NCBI GenBank assembly: GCA_947625145.1 | Contig: CANQNC010000002.1 | Location: forward strand, 22,576 to 86,575 | Direction: 5' to 3' | DNA length: 64,000 nt | Source of the DNA: an uncultured Clostridia bacterium | GTDB taxonomy: Bacteria > Bacillota > Clostridia > Christensenellales > CAG-917 | Part shown: positions 27,047 through 37,000 of the stretch, piece after piece | Layout: each line of letters opens with the position of its first letter | Numbering within the stretch: position 1 is the stretch's first letter | The notes under the pieces: model-generated | What the model was told of the DNA's origin: nothing | Database searches by the model: none | Seen by the model: the letters and a program-made list of their open reading frames with translations, nothing else | Position numbers and translations under genes: made by a program

Positions 27047-29002
27047 GTGGCAAAAGCGCTCGACAAAAATCTGAAGAAGTTGCCGCTCGGCGCGATCCGC
27101 CCCACGGGTTGGTTGTTGGATCAGATGAAACTGATGAACAATCTTCAAAAGAGGCTGGGCGCGTTGCAGGGGCTCGTCAAAAACGGCGAGTGGGAGAGCG
27201 GCGAAAATCTTCCGCGCTATGTGCGGGGAGTGCTTTTGCTGTCCGCCGCATTGGACGACAAGTTGTTGAAAGACAAAGCCACGGGATATCTTCAATCCAT
27301 TCTGAACAGCGCGAGAGAGGGGGGAGATTTCGGCCCCAAAGGCATACGCTCGCTGACGCCGAAGATAGAGGCGGTCAAGACGCTTTTGACCTACTATGAG
27401 TACACGGGCGAGGAGAGAGTGCTTCATTTTTTGAAAAAGTTTTTCAAAAATCAATACAACACTTTCAACGTGTCCCCATGTTGGTACGATTCCCGCGCAA
27501 GGCTTTTGGAGGAGATCACCGCGCTTGAGGCGGTGTATCGCGAGACCGACCTCGAGTGGCTTCACGACCTAGGCGAGAAGCTGAGAGATCGTTGCACCGA
27601 GTGGTTCAAGTTGGCGGACAAATTCCCCTACAAGCGCCCCGCAAGCAAGTATGTCTCGCAGGGCTCGCTCAAGCGCTTGCTCAAAACGGTAAACGCGTAC
27701 GAAAAGGTGGAGCCGACGTCCTCGCGCAAGCTGAAACCGCTCACTCCCGACCTCATTGAAAAGAAGTGGAAAAAACAGCAGACCGCGGTGCAACTTGACG
27801 GCGTAAACCTCGCAAAAGCGGTCAAATATCCCGCGACCTACGGCAGGTTCATAGGGGACGATTCGCTGAAAAACCTGTCTCTCAAACTGATCCATCAGCT
27901 GATGAAATACCACTCCACCGCGGCGGGCATGTTCACATGCGACCTTCGCTTGGCGGGGGACGACCCGTCAAAGGGCGTGGACGTGCAGGCAAGCGTGGAG
28001 ATGATAGAATCCCTCGTGGAGGTCATAAGTCAGACCCGCGACTATTCCTGCGTGGACAGGCTTGAAAGGATAGTTTTCAACGTGATCTCCGCCGCGTGTT
28101 TGGACGACTGCTCCGCGGTGCAGGACCTCGTTTTGGTCAACCAAGTCGAGGCGTCCGACGCCCGCAAATATCCCAGCATAGAGGCGGCCTACTCCAACGC
28201 GTTTTTGACCAAAAAGTTGTCAAGAGGCGCGGTGGCGGCGCTCAGCGCTTATCCCCTCTTCATGCAGGCGACGTGCATGCTGAAAGACAACGAGGTCAAC
28301 TTCCTCGCCTACGCGCCGTGCACCATGAACTTCACCGTGGACGGATGCAAGCTGACCATCAGCGAAAAGACGGGATATCCTTTCAGAAACACTGTCGTGT
28401 TCAAGGTGGAGCAGGCGAGCGGCGAACCCGAAGTCAAGATCAACTTCCGCGTCCCCAAAAACGTCAGCATGCAACTGATATCGGGGGGAGAGGTCGTCGC
28501 GACGGGCACCAAGGAGATCTCGGTCAAGTGCGTGCTCCGCACGGGCAGCACCTTCATGCTGAAGATGGCGATCCCTCTGACCGTAGAGGAAAATTCGGAC
28601 GGAAGTTGCAGCCTGTTCAAGGGCAACGTGCTGATGTCGGTCAAACTGCCTTACAGCGTGGAAGAGGACTCGCAGGATAGAAGAATTTTGAACATCTATA
28701 CGGATAAAAAATGGAACGTCGCGCCCGTCTTGTCAAGGCGCGCGCCGGGGGGCACTAGGACGCTGTACGAGCCCGAAACCACGGTCGTGCACGATCTGAA
28801 AGAGAAACCTTTGAACTTGGAGGAACCGCCCTTCGAATTGCAGATCAGGGCGAAAAACGTGTTGAATTGGGGGTTTGGAGTGCAATCTTTCCTCGAATTT
28901 CCGCGCAAGCCCGAGTTTTCGGAGGAGAGCTTGGAGAGGACTTTCATCCCCTTCGGATGCGAGCCGCTTCATATTGCGCAATTCCCGAAGTGTCTGAAAT
29001 GA
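27047..29002 (+). CDS. GH127 (beta-L-arabinofuranosidase/DUF1680)-like protein, catalytic and Zn-binding residues apparently lost
   Basis: LPLGAIRPTGWLLDQ, WESGENLPRYVRG, GVNLAKAVKYP, DRLERIVFN, YAPC...EKTGYPFRNTV, FRVP, FIPFGC recall the family; GGGAG RBS and GTG start. Confidence 0.75.
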   Translation: MAKALDKNLKKLPLGAIRPTGWLLDQMKLMNNLQKRLGALQGLVKNGEWESGENLPRYVRGVLLLSAALDDKLLKDKATGYLQSILNSAREGGDFGPKGIRSLTPKIEAVKTLLTYYEYTGEERVLHFLKKFFKNQYNTFNVSPCWYDSRARLLEEITALEAVYRETDLEWLHDLGEKLRDRCTEWFKLADKFPYKRPASKYVSQGSLKRLLKTVNAYEKVEPTSSRKLKPLTPDLIEKKWKKQQTAVQLDGVNLAKAVKYPATYGRFIGDDSLKNLSLKLIHQLMKYHSTAAGMFTCDLRLAGDDPSKGVDVQASVEMIESLVEVISQTRDYSCVDRLERIVFNVISAACLDDCSAVQDLVLVNQVEASDARKYPSIEAAYSNAFLTKKLSRGAVAALSAYPLFMQATCMLKDNEVNFLAYAPCTMNFTVDGCKLTISEKTGYPFRNTVVFKVEQASGEPEVKINFRVPKNVSMQLISGGEVVATGTKEISVKCVLRTGSTFMLKMAIPLTVEENSDGSCSLFKGNVLMSVKLPYSVEEDSQDRRILNIYTDKKWNVAPVLSRRAPGGTRTLYEPETTVVHDLKEKPLNLEEPPFELQIRAKNVLNWGFGVQSFLEFPRKPEFSEESLERTFIPFGCEPLHIAQFPKCLK

Positions 29003-29014
29003 TAGGAGATCGCT

Positions 29015-29590
29015 ATGAGAACGCTTGAAAAAAAATATTCGCGTACCGAACGTATCGTCGCCAAGGCAAAGTTTTCGTGCTGGGTCTATATGTGGGCGGT
29101 CGCGCTTGCCGTTTTGCTTGGCGGGATCATCGCGGCGCTGTGGGTGTTCAGGGCGCAGATCGAGGGGCTGTTTGGCAACGAGCAGGTCAAGATCCTCACC
29201 GACGCAAACCTGCGTTGGGCGCTTTTGGGCGCGGCCGGCGTGGTTTTGCTGACCGTGTTGGGGATATCCATATCCCTTTACAGCCGTGAACTGATCGTGA
29301 CCGAGGACAAGGTGGTGTATCGCAAGGGCGTCGCCGCCGTGACAAACATTGTCATTCCCCTTTCCGAGATCCGCATTGTGGAAACCGAACAGAACGGCAT
29401 ACAGCGCGTGTTCGGCGTGGGCGCGGTGACCATCATATCCGACGCCGTTCAGCCCTATCGCATCAAGGGCGTGAAGGGAGCGGATCGCCTTACGCGCAGG
29501 TTGATGAGGCAACTCGGCGACGCGCGCAAGGAGAGCGAAGGTCGCCGTATGCAACTTCAACTCGCCTCAAGACCCGTGCCGCACAAGTGA
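29015..29590 (+). CDS. Bacterial PH-domain (bPH_2) membrane protein
   Basis: Two TMs followed by ELIVTEDKVVYRKG...IPLSEI...QNGIQRVFGVGAVTI; AGGAG RBS. Confidence 0.85.
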   Translation: MRTLEKKYSRTERIVAKAKFSCWVYMWAVALAVLLGGIIAALWVFRAQIEGLFGNEQVKILTDANLRWALLGAAGVVLLTVLGISISLYSRELIVTEDKVVYRKGVAAVTNIVIPLSEIRIVETEQNGIQRVFGVGAVTIISDAVQPYRIKGVKGADRLTRRLMRQLGDARKESEGRRMQLQLASRPVPHK

Positions 29591-29611
29591 TTTTTCGAAA
29601 ATACGAATTTC

Positions 29612-29647
29612 AAAGCCGCTCGTCGAAGTCCGTCGGGCGGTTTTTTT
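29612..29647 (+). terminator. Intrinsic terminator
   Basis: AAAGCCGCTCG...CGGGCGGTTTTTTT. Confidence 0.7.
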
Positions 29648-29777
29648 GACGCGTTGCAGGCGTAAAAGGATATGCAAAAAGGCTTTTCAAACGACAAAAA
29701 ATCGCGCAAAAAAACAGCGCGAGTTTGTCGCGCCTTGAGGGTGGTTTTGTCAAAAACCAAGCATCTGTTGCGGTTTT

Positions 29778-30689
29778 TCAGAAAATTCCCCAAGATCCCG
29801 GGGTGACGAAGAGGTAGGTCACAAGCGCGCATATCGCCGCCATCAAGGGGACGTGGATGAGGTAGACGACAAGCGCGTGTCTGCCCACAAAGCACAGGGG
29901 CTTGTTCCAACGTCCGTCCAACCTTGGCAAAATGGAATTGCGGTCGTTGTAGACAAAAGGCGCGATGATCCCGCCCCAAAAGAAGAACGCCGCGTAGGGA
30001 ATCAGCGTAAACAGATCCCCGGGGGAGATCTCCGCCGCGCTGTAAAACAGGCTCGGATTTCCGAAGATGTCCCTGCAGGGGAAGAGGAACGCGAAGTACA
30101 CGGGAGTGCTTGCGGGCGGGGTGTAGCAGAAGTACAAAATCAGCGTGATGCCCACGATGCCCGCGCAACAAATGGCGACGCTTCTGCCGTTGCGCATGCA
30201 GAGGAAGTCCACAAGCGCGTAGATCAGCATACAAGTCGCCAAAAAGTGCAAAACGCCGTAGGTGACGAGAATACCGCTTATGCCCAGCACGTCCTCGCCC
30301 AGCACCGTCGCCGCGGTGTAGAGTAGGGCGACGATCATCAAGACGGCGCCGCGCTTGCGGTTTGAGCGGGAAAATGAGCACGCCATGCCCGAAACTCCCA
30401 AAAAGAACACCAAAACTATGTTGTGTATGACTGTCCGCACGTCGCTGTACGTCCAAAAATGGCAGAAGCGAGTGAGCGCGTCCCCTCTGCCCATATAGTA
30501 CCAATAGCTTCCGTACCAGCTGTCCCCGAACATGTCGAGGAGCATGGCGAGGTGGTCCAAGATCATCAAAACGACGCAAATTCCTCGCAAAAAATCCAGC
30601 TCCCAAATTCGGCGATCGAAGCCGGGGAGATATCTTCGCTGAACTTTGAGCGGGATCAGCCCGCGGTTGTCGTCCGGGAAAAACGTCAT
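29778..30689 (-). CDS. DUF1624 / HGSNAT-like membrane acyltransferase
   Basis: RIWELDFLRGICVVLMILDH, FFLGVSG, YGVLHFL, GRHALVVYLIHVP; start MTFFPDD 6 nt after TATAAT. Confidence 0.85.
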   Translation of the reverse strand: MTFFPDDNRGLIPLKVQRRYLPGFDRRIWELDFLRGICVVLMILDHLAMLLDMFGDSWYGSYWYYMGRGDALTRFCHFWTYSDVRTVIHNIVLVFFLGVSGMACSFSRSNRKRGAVLMIVALLYTAATVLGEDVLGISGILVTYGVLHFLATCMLIYALVDFLCMRNGRSVAICCAGIVGITLILYFCYTPPASTPVYFAFLFPCRDIFGNPSLFYSAAEISPGDLFTLIPYAAFFFWGGIIAPFVYNDRNSILPRLDGRWNKPLCFVGRHALVVYLIHVPLMAAICALVTYLFVTPGSWGIF

Positions 30690-30695
30690 GAAAAA

Positions 30696-30724
30696 ATTAT
30701 AGCACCAAGCGGCGGGCGTGTCAA
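30696..30724 (-). promoter_or_regulatory. Consensus sigmaA promoter (leaderless transcript)
   Basis: Minus strand TTGACA-17 nt-TATAAT with extended TG. Confidence 0.8.
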
Positions 30725-30917
30725 TCGAGCGCGCAGGGCGCGATTTTGCACTTAAAACCGCTTGAAACGACAAAAAATTTTTTGTTTTTCCGCCTTGACA
30801 AAGGGCGTTTTTCGCGGGGTTTTTTAAGGCAAAAGCGCAATACATTGGGGGAATAGGAGGGCGGGGCACAATATCTTGAAGCGCAATTAAAATGAGCCCG
30901 TCCGAGAGAAGGGGGTA

Positions 30918-30946
30918 TTGACAAGGGTTATCGCATAGGGTATAAT
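30918..30946 (+). promoter_or_regulatory. Perfect-consensus sigmaA promoter of the giant lipoprotein gene
   Basis: TTGACA 30918-30923, 17 nt, TATAAT 30941-30946; AGGAGGG RBS at 30991-30997. Confidence 0.85.
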
Positions 30947-31001
30947 AATTGCGTATAATAATTCGCACATGTGTAGCGCGTGTACGGATTAGGAGGGAAT
31001 T

Positions 31002-34000
31002 ATGAGAAAACGTAGCTTAGCGATTGCGCTTGTGATGATCATCGTGGTTTTGGCGACCATGATCCTTGCGGCGTGCAATCCCGAGACTTTGCCGGACGAG
31101 CCGCCCAAGCTTCCCGACAATCCCGACATCGGCGGCGATATTGTCGACGATCAAAATTATGTAAGCTCGCAATGGGCGTGGCAGCGTATCAAGGAAACGG
31201 CGTACGCGGCGGCGTCCGATCAGCATGACGCGAGGTACATAAACGGCGACAATTGCTTTGTGCTCGGCTATTCGAAGGACGAATACGACGTGGCGCTGGT
31301 GCTGAGGATGGCGTATGCCATAGACTTGTTGGCGGATTCGAAAGAGGACGATTCACAACTCTTGATCGAACTGAGGAAGTTTGCAAAGGACGAGATCGGC
31401 GACGCCTCTCCCGAGGATCTGAGCGAGCTTTGCGCGCAAGAGCAAGGCGACCTTCTGGTCGGGATTTACTATTTCGAAGGCATTCTCGCCGCGGACGTCA
31501 GAGGCCTCAAAAAGGACGAGGGCGGCGTGCACGTCATGTACACGGACGACGTCAGCGTTTCCTATCTCGGCAGCAAGATCGAAAAGATCTTGAAGGACGT
31601 CAATTTGACGGACGTCATCTTCACAAAACTGCTCGGCTACAATGTGGACTCCCTTTTGCAATCCCTCGTGCAATCGTCGGTCCCGAGTCTGGGCGGCATA
31701 AGCCTTGTCGATTTGACGATAGAAGATTTTTTGGTCAAGATCCTGTTTGCATCCTCCAAAGCCCGCTACGTTGACGAAGGCAACGGCATTCAGACGATCG
31801 AACTTCCTTGCGACCTTTCCATGCTTGTCGGCATTGTTTTCCCCGCCATTCAAGGACTTATCAACGATCAAGTGCAAATTGTGGATCTTGTCAAAAAGAT
31901 CACGGGCATAGACCTTGGCAAGCTCGGCTCCCTCGCGGGCATGGCTGTGGTCATCAACGCCACCGTGAAGGACGACAAACTTCAATCCGTCAACCTCGGC
32001 GTTGACGTCAACCTCAATTCAAACGGACTTCCCTCCCTTCAAGAACAATACGGTTCCTTCCAAAACGACATCGGCATAGACTTCTGCCTTGACAGATTGC
32101 AGTTTTCAAACGACGTGAAATTGGACGTCGTAAGCGTTTTGGACGCTCGCCCCGAAAAGCCCACTTTGGAGGACGGCTCGGACAATTCCTTCTACAAAAA
32201 AATCAAAAAGACGGAAAAGGAATATTCCTTGCTCACATTCGACGGACAACTGGATCTTGTGCTCGACATAGAGGACAAGACGGTCACTCCGCAAAACATA
32301 CTCGACTCTTTCGGCACGCTGTTGACCAACCTTCTGTTTTCGGAAATGGACGACTCCATGAAGGAGAGCCTCGGCGCTTTGCTGAGCAAAGACATTGTTT
32401 TTGAAAAGAGTCAAATTCCTCTTTCGCTCAAACTGAAAGGGCAGATCAATCTGAAAGACAGCAGACAGACCAAGATCGCCGCGCAACTTACGGGCACAAA
32501 CGAAAAGGTGCGGCTTGGGCTTTATTACGACGGAAACTACGACTCCGTGTTTTTGGACGCGAGCGGTTTGCTCGGCGAAGGAAGCACGAAGTTTAAGATC
32601 GAAGGCTTCAACTTCAATCAGCTGATCGACAAATTGTTCGACAAAGTTTACACGCTGATCACAAACGCGATCAACGGCGAGGGCGGCGGAAGCTCCGCTC
32701 AGGACGAATACTCTCAACTTTTGCAAAACGCGGACCTGATCACTCAGCACACCGGCAGAACGGCGGAGGAGAGCGAGGGCGAAGGCGAAGCGGAAGAAGA
32801 GGGCTTGGACACCCTCGGCCTCGTCGTCGCGATCGTGGATCAGATATCCATTGCCAAAAACGGGGACATCTTCAACATCACGGGCATTGATTTCACCATG
32901 ACTCAAGAGATCCTCGACGCGATCTTCGGCATGATCTTCAAGGACGATCTTGCGGGCGGCAAAGTGCCTCTCGTCACAGATCCCATGCCCAAACTGTCCT
33001 ATGCAAATCAGGGCACGGGCAAACCCAAGACCTTGAAGCTGGAAAACGTCGCGCTCGGCGTGGAGAGCCCGCTTGTGGGCCTCGGGATAGGTCTGTCCGT
33101 ACAATTCGGCACAATCAAAGACGTAGAAAACTTCAACAGCCTGTTCGCGGGCATAAACGAAGGGGAATATCTGTCCGTCTCCACAGACGGCGGGAAGACC
33201 TTCAACATGGACTTCCTGCATATAGAGCTAAGCACCGCGCTCAACATAGACTTGCAGACTTTGAGGAGCAGACTCGGCGAGTTGAACATCGCTATCGACA
33301 ACTTGAAGATCGGAGACAGCTACGAAGGGCTGTTGCTGAACATCTTGCTTGAGCTTGGCAGCATAGACGCCGGGCTCACCCTCGACGTCAAGGCGGACCT
33401 TGACCTTACGACGCAAAACATTTCGCTTGACACGCTCAACACGTCCTCGGCGAAGATAGAGATCAAAACGCGCGAGCAGGAGCCTCGCACCATGGTCGAG
33501 CTGTACTTGCAGGACGGCGCGCTTTATCTCAACACACCCGGGCTTGAGAGCATCTCCGTAAAGCAGATCAAGATCACGCTTGCAGAACTGTTTGATATAG
33601 CCAATCTGACCCCGAGCGCTACGGACGGCGAGTCGGGCGCGCTTGTCGCGGAGGATCCCGCCCCCAAAGAGGAAGAAAAGGGCACGGATATTATCGGCTT
33701 GATCGCAAGCCTTGTCACCGAATTCAGGATAGGCAACAACGCGATCAGCATAGGCTTGGTCTCCAACATTGTCGATCAATTGTTGACCACGCTTCAAATC
33801 GACAACGTGGAGTTTAAGTTTGACAATTCGGACGTCAACGGCGGCATAAGGCTGGAATTCCCCGCGGGATTGGAACTGCCCGAGGCAAAGTTCAGCGTAT
33901 TTTTGGCGTTTGGCGATTCCGCAAACCTCAACGTGTCGCTCAACGGCATAAACGTGGGCGCGGGCATGCAGACCACGCGCTATTTGCAGGACACGGAAGC

Positions 34001-37000
34001 GCGGCTTTACACAAACATTCTTGAAAACCCCTATGTGTACGTTGACTTGACTTTGGGCGTCGACTTCCAAGCGGACGAGGGCAAATCTTCGCTGGAATTC
34101 GGGCACAAGGGCACGCATTGGATGGACGGCGACGGCAACTACAAGGATATGAAGGAGACGCCTCCTCCCCAAAACTACAAGGGCAAATATTATTACGTGG
34201 ACGAGGAAGGCAAATATGTCGTTGAGGACTATCAATCCACGGACCTCTTCTTCGGCACGCACATGGACATCAACTACGAGCTGAGAGTGGCGGCAAGTTT
34301 GGATCTGTCTCCCGTCATCGCGTATCTGTTGGGCGCGACCTCGTTGCAGACCAACTACAACGCTTCCGAGATCATGATCGAGCTTACGGGCACGAAGTTC
34401 GGAGGGGAGCGCGAAGTGCTTCTCGGGCTGTACCTTGCGGGCGGCTCGGCGTTCATCGACGCCTCTCGCTTCGGCTTGAACCGCGTGGAAGTGGACGTGG
34501 ACGTGTACGGATTGCTCCTCAAATATCTCAGCGTCAATTCCAATATCACCATAAACAGCGCGGGCTCGGGTTCGGATGCTTTGGCGGCGGCGGGACCCGA
34601 TTTGTCCGACATTGCGGACAACGAGACCCTGTTCGGGCTCACCTTGCTTGCGACGCTCACCTCGCGCGGGCTCAGCATAGAGCTTACGCAGGGCATCGTC
34701 TCCTTGCTTTACGAGCTTGTGGGCATAGAGGCAAGCGATCTGACGGCGTGGGCGGAGATCGCGTGGCAAGCGCTCGAGGAGGAGGAATACAAGCCCTTCC
34801 GCCTCGGCGTCGACGTCAAAAACGACAACAACCAGACCATTTCCAACGCGGAGATTTACGCGAGAGAGATCTCGGTCATCGCGGGCGGCGAAAAGATGCG
34901 TGAGATCCGCCTCAGAAGGCAGACGGACGACGCAGGCCAAGGCAAGTTGTTGGATCAATATATCAGCGAACTCATCAATGAGGACGAAAATCCCTTCGTG
35001 GTGGTGCCGCTGTTCAACGAATACTCTGACATCGTTGTCCCGTCCGTGTCCGTCGAACTGAAAGGCGCGCTGACCGTGGGCACTGCCGCGGACAACGCGG
35101 AGTGGACTCTCGGACAGTGGATCGCGGCGGTGACGGAAGCCATGCCGAGTCAAGACAACCCCGATCAAGGCAAGGAGAAAAACCCCAACCTCGAAGCGTT
35201 CCTGCACAAACTTGTGCTTCAGATCAACGCGCCCGTGGAAGTGGGCACGAAGATAGGGTTCAGAATTGCGGCGAAACTTCGTCTCAATCCCGAATTCCCC
35301 GTCAACTCCATGCCCAACGTCAAGTTTATGCTCTATGAAGAGAGCATGGGCTTGCTTGACAACTTCACCGAGATCTACACAAAGACGGTGGACGGCTCCG
35401 CAAAATACAAAAAGATAGAGCTTGCGGACGCAAAAGTCAAGTTTGCGGAGGGCGAGGAGCTGTATATAAGGACTTATATCCCCGAGGGCATCTCGCTCAG
35501 CGAGATCAAGACGACGGACGATACCTTTGAGATAGACGGCACCTATTACGTCCTGCTTTCGGACGGCACGTATTACAAGACAGTCATCAGCGCGGCAAAC
35601 AAAGCGCAATTTGACGTGGTGTACACGCCCACAAATCTGTTTGACATAGACTATTTGCTCGCGCATGCGGACATTTCCATCGAATTGTACAACCGCGACA
35701 TCGTGGAAGTGGAAAATCTCATAAGCGGCACGGCGATAGGCGCGGACGAAAGACAAGAGCTTGTGGACAGCACTCTCGTCGCGCTGAGATTGATCTACAA
35801 CGGGGAATCCATGGGCTATCCCACAAGCAACCTGTATGTGGATCTTATGGACGACTTCCACGTGTCCATCGCAAACATGCAGGTCAAAGAGACGATAGAC
35901 TCCTTGATGTCCTTGTTCAGTGGCAACGGAGACAAGAATCAGTCCGAAGAGGGCGGGCCCGAAGCGGCAAACAACATCGCCGTCACCGCGGCGGCGGAGA
36001 ACGCGGACGGCTCGGAGGAGAAGGGGCTTGTTGACACACTGTACGACATACTCGGCGGCTTCGTGGGCAGGCTCGGCGCGGACAGCAACGGCATTACCGT
36101 CAATTTTGCAAGCGGACTTCTCGCAAACCTGCTCAACATGCTCCTCAACACAAACCTCGCGCCCGAGGACATGCTTCAGATCAACGGCGAAGAGAGCTAC
36201 TTCACCTTTGCGTGGACGTACGCGGTGGACGCTCTGCTCAAGATAGACCCAATCTATATGGGGCTCAGGCTTGACAGCATCAAGATCGGATTGGGGCAGG
36301 AGGATTCCATCCTTCCCGCGGCGTTTGACAGAAGCATCTACACGGGCTTCGATCGCCTCGACAACATATCCTTCGAGGTCGCGCTGGACGCGGAGATCGT
36401 GCTGAAACAGCAGGAGGACGAAGTCAAGCTCCAAAACTATGTGGACGCCTTCGTGCAGGGCTTGGAGATCGCCCTCGGCTTCACTGTGGACAAGGATATC
36501 ACCTACGACTTGGGCATCATGCTGGGCGGCAATATCGAGCTCGGCGACCCCGACAAGACGGTCGTGGCAATTTCTTTAAGGATAAACGAAGAAGATAAGA
36601 TAGCTATATATATTAAGGGCTCGTCCATGTACGTTGACCTCGGCGATCTGTCCGACAGGGCGATCTACATTGAAAACACGGGCGTGTCCGACCTCATCTG
36701 CGGCTCCATATCCGAGCTTTTGGGCAGAGCGGCGGACGCCGAGAGCGGAGACGCGCTTGCCTCTGCGGAACCCGAGGTTTCCCCCGAAGAGCAATTGCAG
36801 ATCATGCTTGACATCTCGGACGGGCGTTTGGGGCTGTTGGTCACCGAACAGGTGATCGTAGGATTGCTCGCTTCCTTCCTCAATGACGAAAAGGCGGGCG
36901 CGACGCTTGACGAGGTCATCGAAAAGATACAACAACTCAACCTCAACCTCAGCGCGGATGTGGAACTGCAATTCAGCCCCGGCATCGCGCTTGCGATTGC

